NCBI GenBank assembly: GCA_049514795.1
Contig: JBEKUS010000004.1
Location: forward strand, 46 to 64,045
DNA from: Terracidiphilus sp.
Lineage (GTDB): Bacteria > Acidobacteriota > Terriglobia > Terriglobales > Acidobacteriaceae
Direction of reading: 5' to 3'
DNA length: 64,000 nt
Shown piece by piece: positions 56,033-63,726 of this stretch. Position 1 is the first letter of the stretch; each line of letters starts with the position of its first letter. The notes beneath the pieces are model-generated. The model had not been told where the DNA came from and did no database searches. It saw only the letters and a list, made by a program, of their open reading frames with translations. A program made the translations under genes and the position numbers.

Positions 56033-57007
56033 ATGAAGGCAATTGTGTATCGCAAGAACGGTCCCCCGGATGTCCTGACCTGCGAGGAGATCGAGAAGCC
56101 AACGCCAAAAGAAGCGGAAGTCCTGATCAAGGTCAACGCGGCAGCGGTCAATCCGCTGGATTACCACCTGATGAAAGGCGGGCCCGCCCTCGCCCGTCTG
56201 CTGTTTGGCGTGCGCAAGCTCAAGGTGCCTGGGGTGGATGTTGCCGGGGTCGTTGAAGCTGCCGGGTCCGGCGTGACTAAGTTCAAGGCAGGCGATGCGG
56301 TCTTCGGGGCGTGCCGGGGAGCATTTGCGGAATACGCGATTGCGCCCGAGTCCGCATTGGCGGCAAAGCCGGAGAGCGTGCCGTTCGAGGATGCGGCGGC
56401 GTCGCCGATTGCGGCGCTCACTGCCCTGCAGGGGCTTCGCAATCGGGGGAAAATTCAACCCGGGCAGAGCGTCCTGATCAACGGCGCATCGGGGGGCGTG
56501 GGCACATTCGCGGTCCAGTTCGCCAAGTATTTCGGCGCGCAGGTTACCGCCGTATGCAGCGCACGGAACGCGGAGCTGGTGCGATCGCTCGGTGCGGACC
56601 GCGTGGTCGACTATGCCCAGGAAGATTTTTCAAAGGGTACGGCGCGATACGATCTGATTCTCGATCTCGCGGGAAACCACCCGTTCTCGGCCTGCAAGTG
56701 TGTCCTGAATCCACAGGGCATTCACGTCGGGGCGGGAATTCTCGCTGGATCAAAGTCGCTACTGGTGATGCTCGGTGGCCTGATAGGGGCGCTTCTTGTT
56801 TCCCGGTTTTCGCGCCAGAAATTCGTCACGTACGTGGCCAAGGCCAACCGCGAAGACCTGTCTTTCATTGGGGAACTGCTCGCCAACGGCAAACTGAAGC
56901 CCGTAATCGACAAGAGGTACAGGCTCATCGAAGTCCCGGAAGCGATGCGGGTTCAGGGGACGTGGCATGCCCGGGGAAAGCTTGTGGTCAACGTGGACGC
57001 GCAGTGA
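56033..57007 (+). CDS. NAD(P)-dependent alcohol dehydrogenase / quinone oxidoreductase (MDR superfamily)
   Basis: 324 aa. VNAAAVNPLDY, G.DVAGVV, GQSVLINGASGGVGTFAVQ nucleotide-binding motif. Confidence 0.8.
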   Translation: MKAIVYRKNGPPDVLTCEEIEKPTPKEAEVLIKVNAAAVNPLDYHLMKGGPALARLLFGVRKLKVPGVDVAGVVEAAGSGVTKFKAGDAVFGACRGAFAEYAIAPESALAAKPESVPFEDAAASPIAALTALQGLRNRGKIQPGQSVLINGASGGVGTFAVQFAKYFGAQVTAVCSARNAELVRSLGADRVVDYAQEDFSKGTARYDLILDLAGNHPFSACKCVLNPQGIHVGAGILAGSKSLLVMLGGLIGALLVSRFSRQKFVTYVAKANREDLSFIGELLANGKLKPVIDKRYRLIEVPEAMRVQGTWHARGKLVVNVDAQ

Positions 57008-57011
57008 AAGA

Positions 57012-57039
57012 CCGGCGATTCTTACGGCTGGATCGCCGG
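57012..57039. terminator. Hairpin CCGGCGAT-N12-ATCGCCGG between convergent genes (possible bidirectional terminator)
   Basis: 8-bp perfect stem read directly. Lies between the stop at 57007 (+) and the stop at 57073 (-). Confidence 0.4.
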
Positions 57040-57072
57040 GCATTGCGGGGTGGGCGTTGAGTCCGATTGCGG

Positions 57073-57738
57073 CTAAGTCCTGGCGGCACTCGCCGCGCGC
57101 GCTTTGGCGATGAAGGCGCGGACCTTGGCGGGGTCCTTGCGGCCGGGCGCGGTTTCCACGCCGCTGACGACATCGACACCCCAGGGGCACAACGCTGCGA
57201 TGGCTTCGGCGACGTTTTCGGGCGTGAGGCCGCCGGCGGCGACCAACTTCAGTTGTTCGAATTTGCCGAAGAGTGCGCGGCGCGCGGAAGCCCAATCGTA
57301 GCTCTGGCCGGTACCGCCGATGGCTGTATCCGTGCGTGAATCGACGAGGATTGCGTCGATATTGGGATCGAGAAGGACCGAAGCATCGTTCGTCGCGGCC
57401 TTAGGTTCAAAGTGGACCACACTCAGGATGCGCAGGCTGGACCCGAACCGGGCGCGCAACATTGCGGGCAGCTCGGGCGGCGCGTCCCAGTGCGCTTGCA
57501 CGCCAGTGAGTGCGCAGGTCTCGACGGTCGAGGCGATCTCGTTGAAGGATGAGTCGACAAAGACGCCGAGTTTTTCGAGCGACGCCGGCAGATGCGGCAC
57601 GATGGCGGCGACCTGTGCGGGCGTCACGCGGCGCGGGCTGGGCGCGAAGACAAAGCCCACGGCGTCGGCTCCGGCCTCAGCGGCGAGTTGCGCGTCCTCA
57701 AGAGAGGTGTTGCCGCAGATTTTGATCCAGAGGCTCAT
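57073..57738 (-). CDS. trpF: Phosphoribosylanthranilate isomerase
   Basis: IKICGNTSLEDAQLAAEAGADAVGFVF...SPRRV and LAGGL..ENV blocks. Confidence 0.9.
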   Translation of the reverse strand: MSLWIKICGNTSLEDAQLAAEAGADAVGFVFAPSPRRVTPAQVAAIVPHLPASLEKLGVFVDSSFNEIASTVETCALTGVQAHWDAPPELPAMLRARFGSSLRILSVVHFEPKAATNDASVLLDPNIDAILVDSRTDTAIGGTGQSYDWASARRALFGKFEQLKLVAAGGLTPENVAEAIAALCPWGVDVVSGVETAPGRKDPAKVRAFIAKARAASAART

Positions 57739-57741
57739 TTT

Positions 57742-58176
57742 TCAGTTCACCGGCTTCGATCGCGAATCAGTGAGAAAAGGATTCAAAAACCGGACGCCCG
57801 TGCCGGAGAAATGCGTCGTGTTGCGTGTGACGATGGTGAAGTCGTGCAGGAGTGCAATGGCAGCAATCTGCTTGTCGATGCTGTGCTGCTCGTTTGCGCC
57901 AATGAGGATTCCCCAAATCTTGGCAGATTCCAGATCGAACGCCAGAAAATGCTCGGGAAACTCGGCGAGCACAGATCGGTACCACTTCTCAAGAGCCTGC
58001 GCTTGGGGATGGTCGCCCCGCTGCCGCAGGCGCTCGATGCCGCCTTCTATTTCGCCTGCGACCTGCACCGGCACAAAAACTTCGTTCTTTGCGTGATGGA
58101 AGAATTCCACCACCCCGGGATCGGCTTTCCGCCCCTTTCGTCTTTCACAGAGAACGTTGGTATCGACAAGATACAT
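57742..58176 (-). CDS. fitB: PIN domain toxin, FitB-like VapC
   Basis: MYLVDTNVLCE.RKGRKADPGVVEFF......FVPVQVAGEI..GIE......IAAIALLHDFTIVTRNTTHF...GVRFLNPF parallels Neisseria FitB (LLDTNVISE...ATRDTGSF..ADVAVFNPW, from memory). Confidence 0.8.
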   Translation of the reverse strand: MYLVDTNVLCERRKGRKADPGVVEFFHHAKNEVFVPVQVAGEIEGGIERLRQRGDHPQAQALEKWYRSVLAEFPEHFLAFDLESAKIWGILIGANEQHSIDKQIAAIALLHDFTIVTRNTTHFSGTGVRFLNPFLTDSRSKPVN

Positions 58177-58178
58177 AC

Positions 58179-58391
58179 CTAGTCCCGGCTGAATTCGAAG
58201 TCGGAGTCGCGGCCGACATTGGGTATCGAAGCCAGGACTTCACTAAACGAGCGTTTGCGGGGCCGACGCAAGGCCTCGCGCAGAATTGCTCTGTGTTCCG
58301 CTTCAGCACTGCGCCCATTGCGCGCGGCCTGTTCTTTCAGAGACTTGACGATTTCGACTTCGACATTTCTGACAATTAAATTGGTTGCCAC
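58179..58391 (-). CDS. fitA: Ribbon-helix-helix antitoxin, FitA-like
   Basis: (V)ATNLIVRNVEVEIVKSLKEQAARNGRSAEAEHRAILREAL parallels FitA (MASVVIRNLSEATHNAIKFRARAAGRSTEAEIRLIL). GGAAGG Shine-Dalgarno before GTG 58391. Confidence 0.8.
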   Translation of the reverse strand: MATNLIVRNVEVEIVKSLKEQAARNGRSAEAEHRAILREALRRPRKRSFSEVLASIPNVGRDSDFEFSRD

Positions 58392-58405
58392 AGTGAGCCT
58401 TCCAG

Positions 58406-58453
58406 TGATTGCAATGATTACAGTCTACCGCGAGAGTGCAATCACTGCAATCA
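58406..58453. promoter_or_regulatory. fitAB operator: TGATTGCA, TGATTACA ... TGCAATCA, TGCAATCA (two nested inverted pairs)
   Basis: Half-sites at 58406-13, 58415-22, 58437-44 and 58446-53. The last one contains the trpC stop codon (58451-53). The half-site is 1 mismatch from the TGATAGCA site reported for Neisseria FitAB (from memory). Confidence 0.6.
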
Positions 58454-59290
58454 TCGCCGGGGTGAGGCAGCCCCTGCCGCCGCGCCCTTCAACAGCGCGG
58501 CCAGCGCATCGCCTGGATCGGGCTGGCGCATCAGGCTCTCGCCGATAAGAAACGCATCGAACCCGGCCTCTCGCAGGCGCGCGATGTCATCGGGCGTGGA
58601 GATGCCGCTCTCGGTGACGCGAACCGCGCTCGCGGGAATGCGGTCCACGAGAGCCAGCGAGGCTTCGGTGTTCACGTCGAAGGTTCGGAGGTCGCGGTTG
58701 TTCACGCCGATGGCGTTGGCGCCGGTTTGACCGAGCGTTTCCAGCACCCGATCGAGCTCTTCCGTGGTATGCACTTCGACCAGCACATCGAGCGAAAAAC
58801 CGTCGGCTACCTGGGCCAGGTGGCGCAGTTCCGCATTGGTGAGCGCGGCGGCGATGAGGAGAATGGCGTCGGCGCGGTGGGCGCGGGCTTCGACGATCTG
58901 ATACTCGTCGACGATGAAGTCCTTGCGCAGACAGGGGAGTGGCGCGGCGGCTGAGGCACGCTCCAGGTTGCGCAGGCTGCCTTGGAAGTAGGGTTCATCG
59001 GTGAGAACGGAGAGGGCGGCGGCTCCGCCGGCACGATAGCGGCGGGCAAGCCAGGCGGGATCGAAGTCGGCGCGGATGAGGCCCTTCGAGGGCGAGGCCT
59101 TCTTGATTTCGGCGATGACGGCGGGACCGATCACGGCCTGTCGGCGCAGAGCGGCGGCCCATCCGCGCGGGTGATGCACGGCGGCGCGGCGCTCCAGCTC
59201 CGACAACGGCACGCGCGCCTTGGCCGCGGCCAGCGTGGCGCGCGTGGAGGCAAGAATCGTGGCGAGAAATGTGTCGGTGCGGGCGGCCAT
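58451..59290 (-). CDS. trpC: Indole-3-glycerol phosphate synthase
   Basis: IAEIKKASPSKG, LSVLTDEPYFQGS, CLRKDFIVDEYQI.EAR and VEVH blocks. Start set at ATG 59290; the upstream Arg-rich ORF extension was rejected. Confidence 0.9.
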   Translation of the reverse strand: MAARTDTFLATILASTRATLAAAKARVPLSELERRAAVHHPRGWAAALRRQAVIGPAVIAEIKKASPSKGLIRADFDPAWLARRYRAGGAAALSVLTDEPYFQGSLRNLERASAAAPLPCLRKDFIVDEYQIVEARAHRADAILLIAAALTNAELRHLAQVADGFSLDVLVEVHTTEELDRVLETLGQTGANAIGVNNRDLRTFDVNTEASLALVDRIPASAVRVTESGISTPDDIARLREAGFDAFLIGESLMRQPDPGDALAALLKGAAAGAASPRR

Positions 59291-59343
59291 ACTCTCAAGT
59301 CGAGTATACGTGCGGGAAAACGCACCGCGCCGCGTGAGGCGAG

Positions 59344-60810
59344 TTAGAGCGCCGGGGCGGGGATCTTCGCACCTTCCGCGACCAGCTCCCGCGCGGATCT
59401 TCGACCCAGCCGGATGCAGTCGGGGACGCCAATGCCTTCGTAGGCGTTGCCAGCGAGGCGCAGGCCGGGCAGCGCGGCGACGCACGCGTTGACGCGGGCC
59501 ATCCGCCCTTTGTGGCCGACGGCGTACTGCGCCATGGCGCGGCGCCAACGGGAAACCTGGGCGAATTCGGGTTCCGCCGCCGCGCTGAACGTCCTGGCTC
59601 CGAGAAGCTCGCTCATTTCACGGCGGACGATGGCGAGCAAAGCATCGTCGCTTTCGTCGATCAGCGCCTCGCGCCTCATGCCGCCAAGGAAAGCGCGGAA
59701 GACGGCCTTGCCGGGCGGCGTGCGGCCCAGGAACTTGCGATGCACGAAGGTACAGGCCAGCAGGCGGCGGCCCTCGACGGCCGGAACGATGAAGCCGAAC
59801 CCTTCGGGCAGGCGGCCGAGCTGCGTTTCGTCGTAGATCAGGTTCACGGTGATCGACGAGGAATAGGGGATGGCGGCGAGTTCGCTGCCGAGCACGGGAT
59901 CGACCGGCGCCAGCAGAGCAGCGGCCGCCCACGCGGGCGCGGCCATGATGAGCGCGTCGAACTCCTGCGCCGCGCCGTTCGCCTCTATGCTCCACCCGTC
60001 CGGTATTTTGCGAACCGAGCTGACCGGCGTTTCCGTGCGGAGGCTCGCCGGATCGAGCCGTGCAGTCAACGCATCGACCAACTGGCTCATGCCGCCGCGG
60101 AGCGCAGTAAAGATTGAAACGCCGGCGGCGCCGTTCCCGCCGGGCCGCTGCGCGGCCGCTTTGCTCTTTGCCATCGCACGCATTTTGCGATGCGCGGCCA
60201 GCATTCCGCGCGTGAGCGAGCCGTAGTTCGTCTCCATCTCGACCATGCGCGGCAGCACGGTTTGCGCGCTGAGCTGGGCGGCGTCGCCGCCGTAGATGCC
60301 GCTCAGCAGCGGATCGGCGAGGCGGTCGACAGCTTCCCGGCCAAAGTGCCGCTCCACCAGAGTGGCAACCGACTCGTCGCCGTTGTTCGGGCGCGGAGGA
60401 TGCAACAGCTCGAGCGCCATGCGGACTTTGGTCGGCAGGCTGAACAAGCGCGTCAGCGCGGTGGGCACGATCTTGGTGGGGATGAGAAACATGAGGCCGT
60501 CGGGCAGCGCGACCAGCCGATTGCGCACGACGATGTACGTCTTGCGAGCAATGTCGTTCGAAGGCAGCAGGTCGGCGCCGAGACCCAACTCTCTACAGAG
60601 CTCGGCCGCGGCGGGCTTCTCCGAGAGGAACGAATCGGGTCCGCGCTCGAGTACGGCGCCGCTGACGATTTCCGAGGCGAGCGAGCCGCCCAGTCTGGGG
60701 CGGGATTCGTAGAGTGTGTATTCGACGGGCGCTCCTGCCGCCCGGGCCGTCTCGAGTTCATAAGCCGCCGCCAGTCCCGCAATGCCGCCGCCCACGACCG
60801 CAATCCGCAT
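59344..60810 (-). CDS. hemY: Protoporphyrinogen/coproporphyrinogen III oxidase (HemY/CgoX family, FAD-dependent)
   Basis: MRIAVVGGGIAGLAAAYEL dinucleotide fold, 488 aa, C-terminal ..GNAYEGIGVPDCI. Start set at ATG 60810. Confidence 0.8.
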   Translation of the reverse strand: MRIAVVGGGIAGLAAAYELETARAAGAPVEYTLYESRPRLGGSLASEIVSGAVLERGPDSFLSEKPAAAELCRELGLGADLLPSNDIARKTYIVVRNRLVALPDGLMFLIPTKIVPTALTRLFSLPTKVRMALELLHPPRPNNGDESVATLVERHFGREAVDRLADPLLSGIYGGDAAQLSAQTVLPRMVEMETNYGSLTRGMLAAHRKMRAMAKSKAAAQRPGGNGAAGVSIFTALRGGMSQLVDALTARLDPASLRTETPVSSVRKIPDGWSIEANGAAQEFDALIMAAPAWAAAALLAPVDPVLGSELAAIPYSSSITVNLIYDETQLGRLPEGFGFIVPAVEGRRLLACTFVHRKFLGRTPPGKAVFRAFLGGMRREALIDESDDALLAIVRREMSELLGARTFSAAAEPEFAQVSRWRRAMAQYAVGHKGRMARVNACVAALPGLRLAGNAYEGIGVPDCIRLGRRSARELVAEGAKIPAPAL

Positions 60811-60982
60811 TGATCGACCTCGCTTCACGCTGTCAGCAATCCGCAACAACCAAATATACAGAAAAGGGAATCGAGCGGTAGCGCCGAAAGCGCCCGCCAC
60901 AGCATCTGCTCGCGTCTCTCTTTGGATGCACTTGCGCGAGCAATCGATGGGGATAGAATCAAGTCGCGGGCCGAATGCCGCT

Positions 60983-60998
60983 TGTGATCCGAATCACC
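60983..60998. promoter_or_regulatory. TGTGA-N6-TCACC site (Crp/Fnr- or Rex-type operator candidate) upstream of cydAB
   Basis: cTTGTGATCCGAATCACCgg read directly, 9/10 to TGTGA-N6-TCACA. Lies 150 nt upstream of the cydA ATG. TAGAAT at 60954-60959. Confidence 0.45.
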
Positions 60999-61147
60999 GG
61001 AAGAACTGAAGTTGGGAAGAGAGCCGAAAACCGCATTCTATCCGGTTTTCTTGAGCACCGGTTCTTCCTTCGCTGAACCATGAGCCTGCAATTCAGGGCG
61101 TGTTGCCTGTTTGCTATTCAGCCCTGACCGCAGCAGGAGGTCTTTCG

Positions 61148-62488
61148 ATGAGCGCCGAGATCATCCACCGGCTGCAGTTCGCCTTCACTGTCACCTTCCA
61201 TTATCTGTTTCCGCAACTCACCATGGGCCTGGCCCTACTGATCGTGGTGCTGAAGACCGTGGCGCTGCGCACCGGCAACGCAACGTGGGATCGCGCGGCG
61301 AGATTCTGGGGCCGCGTGTTCGCCATCAACTTCATCTTCGGCGTGGTCACCGGCATCCCCATGGAGTTCGAGTTCGGCACCAACTGGGCGCAGTTCTCGA
61401 GGGTCTCGGGCGGCGTGATCGGCCAACCGCTGGCCATGGAGGGCGTGTTCAGCTTCTTTCTCGAGTCGGCGTTTCTGGGACTGTTCCTCTATGGCGAGAA
61501 GCGCATCTCGAAGCGCATGCACTGGTTCTCGGCGGTGATGGTGTGGCTGGGATCGTGGATCTCAGGCTTCTTCATTATCGTGACCGACGCGTGGATGCAG
61601 CACCCGGTGGCCTACGACCGCCTGCCCGACGGGCATTTCGAAGTGGTCAGCTTCTGGCAATTGCTGCTGAATCCCTGGGGACTGCTCCAGTACATGCACA
61701 ATATGACGGGCGCAGTGGTGACAGCAGCGTTCGTGATGAGCGCGGTGGGGGCGTTCTATCTGCTGGAAGGCCGGCGGCAGGAGTACGGCCGAGTATTTCT
61801 CGAGGTGGGCGTGATCGCGGGAGCGATCTCGTCGATCCTCATTATCTTCCCGACCGGGGATCTTGCCGGTAGATACGTGGCGCGCTACCAGCCTGCGGCC
61901 ATCGCCGGCATGGAGGGCCTGTTCAAAACCGGGATCGGCGCGCCCATCGTGCTGATCGGCCAGCCGAACGAGGAGACGGGCCAGATCGACAATCCGATCG
62001 TGGTGAACGACGTGTTGAGCTTCCTCATCTATGGCACCACAAAGGCCGAGGTGAAGGGGCTCGATCAGATTCCGCGCGACCAGTGGCCGACTGCGCTGCC
62101 GTTGCTCTACTACTCCTACCACATCATGGCTGGGCTGGGGACATGGTTCGTGCTGCTCATGGCCGTGTCGGCGTTCCTGCTGTGGCGTGGGCGGCTGACT
62201 ACGTCGCGCTGGGCGCTGTGGGCGCTGCTGCTCAGCTTTCCCTTGCCCTATATCGCCAACACGGCCGGCTGGATGACCGCCGAGCTGGGCCGGCAGCCGT
62301 GGATTATTTACGGGCTGATGCGCACCAGCGAGGGCTATTCCAGCACCGTCTCGGCGGGCAACGGGTTATTTACGCTGCTCGGCTTCATGGGGCTTTACAT
62401 GTTGCTCGGACTGCTGTTCACGGTACTGATCTATCGCGAGATTGCGAATGGGCCGGAAGGCAACGCCGAAACCGCCGGCAAGCATTGA
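61148..62488 (+). CDS. cydA: Cytochrome bd ubiquinol oxidase subunit I
   Basis: LQFAFTVTFHYLFPQLTMGL and GVVTGIPMEFEFGTNW (Q-loop region). AGGAGG Shine-Dalgarno before ATG 61148. Confidence 0.9.
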   Translation: MSAEIIHRLQFAFTVTFHYLFPQLTMGLALLIVVLKTVALRTGNATWDRAARFWGRVFAINFIFGVVTGIPMEFEFGTNWAQFSRVSGGVIGQPLAMEGVFSFFLESAFLGLFLYGEKRISKRMHWFSAVMVWLGSWISGFFIIVTDAWMQHPVAYDRLPDGHFEVVSFWQLLLNPWGLLQYMHNMTGAVVTAAFVMSAVGAFYLLEGRRQEYGRVFLEVGVIAGAISSILIIFPTGDLAGRYVARYQPAAIAGMEGLFKTGIGAPIVLIGQPNEETGQIDNPIVVNDVLSFLIYGTTKAEVKGLDQIPRDQWPTALPLLYYSYHIMAGLGTWFVLLMAVSAFLLWRGRLTTSRWALWALLLSFPLPYIANTAGWMTAELGRQPWIIYGLMRTSEGYSSTVSAGNGLFTLLGFMGLYMLLGLLFTVLIYREIANGPEGNAETAGKH

Positions 62489-62524
62489 GGACGTGGAACG
62501 AATCGAGGAAAAGGAGCCGTCGTC

Positions 62525-63562
62525 ATGATGGGTTTTCTCTGGTTCTGGCTGGTCGCCGTGATGATCGTGGGGTACGTGGTCCTCGACGGCTTCGACCTGG
62601 GCGTCGGCGTGCTGCACCTGTTTCTGGCGCGTAATGAGGTTGAGCGAAAGACAATGCTTGCTTCGATCGGGCCGGTTTGGGACGGCAACGAGGTATGGCT
62701 GCTGGCCGGCGGCGGCACGTTGTATTTCGCCTTTCCGCTGCTCTATGCCTCGGCCTTCTCGGGTTTCTATCTGCCGCTGATGATCGTGTTGTGGTTGCTG
62801 GTGCTGCGCGGCGTGAGTCTTGAGCTGCGCAACCATCTCGACCTGGGTGTGTGGCGCTCGCTGCTCGACGGCGTCTTCGGACTGGCCAGCGCGCTGCTCA
62901 CCATCTTTTTCGGCGCGGCCCTGGCGAACGTGCTGCGTGGCGTGCCGCTCGGCGCCGGCGGATATTTCTTCCTTCCTCTGTGGACCAACTGGCAGCCGGG
63001 AACGTACCCCGGCATTCTCGACTGGTACACGGTGATCGGCGGACTGGTGGCTCTCACTGCCCTCACGATGCACGGCGCGCTGTGGCTCACCATCAAGACC
63101 TCGGGCGAACTGGAACAGCGTGCGCGCAATGTGGTCACGCCAATGTGGCTGATCCTGATCGCGCTTACGGTCGTGAGCCTCTTCGCCACCATCGCCGTGC
63201 GCCCGGCGAGCCTCGACAACTACTTCCACTACCCGGTCACGTTCGTGGTGCCCGCGGGCGTGGTCGCCTCGCTGGCGGCAATCTGGCTCTGGAACCGGAA
63301 GGGGCAGGCGCTGAAGGCCTTCCTCGCCTCGTGCGTGTACCTGTTCTTCATGCTGGCAGGTGCGTGCTGGGGCGTGTATCCCGTGCTACTGCCGGCGACG
63401 ACGGGCGCGACCAACGACATCACGCTGACGCGCGCATTGTCCGGCCCGCACACTCTGGCCGTGGGGCTGGTGTGGTGGTCCTTCGGCATGGCGCTGGCCA
63501 TCTGCTACATAGTGTTTGTCTACAGCCGCTTCAAGGGCAAGGCGGACGCGGCAGGGCACTGA
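62525..63562 (+). CDS. cydB: Cytochrome bd ubiquinol oxidase subunit II
   Basis: WFWLVAVMIVGYVVLDGFDLGVG.L and IGPVWDGNEVWLL are canonical CydB N-terminal blocks. Confidence 0.9.
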   Translation: MMGFLWFWLVAVMIVGYVVLDGFDLGVGVLHLFLARNEVERKTMLASIGPVWDGNEVWLLAGGGTLYFAFPLLYASAFSGFYLPLMIVLWLLVLRGVSLELRNHLDLGVWRSLLDGVFGLASALLTIFFGAALANVLRGVPLGAGGYFFLPLWTNWQPGTYPGILDWYTVIGGLVALTALTMHGALWLTIKTSGELEQRARNVVTPMWLILIALTVVSLFATIAVRPASLDNYFHYPVTFVVPAGVVASLAAIWLWNRKGQALKAFLASCVYLFFMLAGACWGVYPVLLPATTGATNDITLTRALSGPHTLAVGLVWWSFGMALAICYIVFVYSRFKGKADAAGH

Positions 63563-63593
63563 GAGCGGCGCCGGGATACGCGTCCATGGACAT

Positions 63594-63631
63594 TTACGCA
63601 AGTTGCGTAAGTACTTACGCAATTTGCGTAA
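63594..63631. promoter_or_regulatory. Two tandem 17-bp palindromes TTACGCAAgTTGCGTAA - gtac - TTACGCAAtTTGCGTAA
   Basis: Palindromes at 63594-63610 and 63615-63631, centres 21 bp apart. The whole 38-mer is itself near-palindromic. Located between the convergent gene ends 63562 (+) and 63727 (-). Confidence 0.5.
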
Positions 63632-63726
63632 ACTCGCTTCGCGGGTGCGGATCAGCCTGGAACCGCAGCGTCACCACGCCCCACACCTGCACTGGCCATC
63701 ACACATGGAGAAACGCGTCCCGTCAT

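Noticed and set aside
58451-59548. N-terminal ORF extensions of trpC, and similarly of hemY to 60900, the 23035 gene to 24408, GNAT to 14363, padR from 16957, cydA from 61100 and hflX from 44852.
   Set aside because: The extensions are Arg/Pro-rich or lack homology. The conserved protein begins at an internal ATG, often with a Shine-Dalgarno sequence or -10 box in front.
61080-61127. 15-codon upstream ORF (MSLQFRACCLFAIQP*) before cydA, considered as a possible leader peptide or CydX-like gene.
   Set aside because: There is no Shine-Dalgarno sequence. CydX-type peptides normally follow cydB and are hydrophobic and about 30-40 aa. The region is more simply explained by the inverted repeat TCAGGGC..GCCCTGA.
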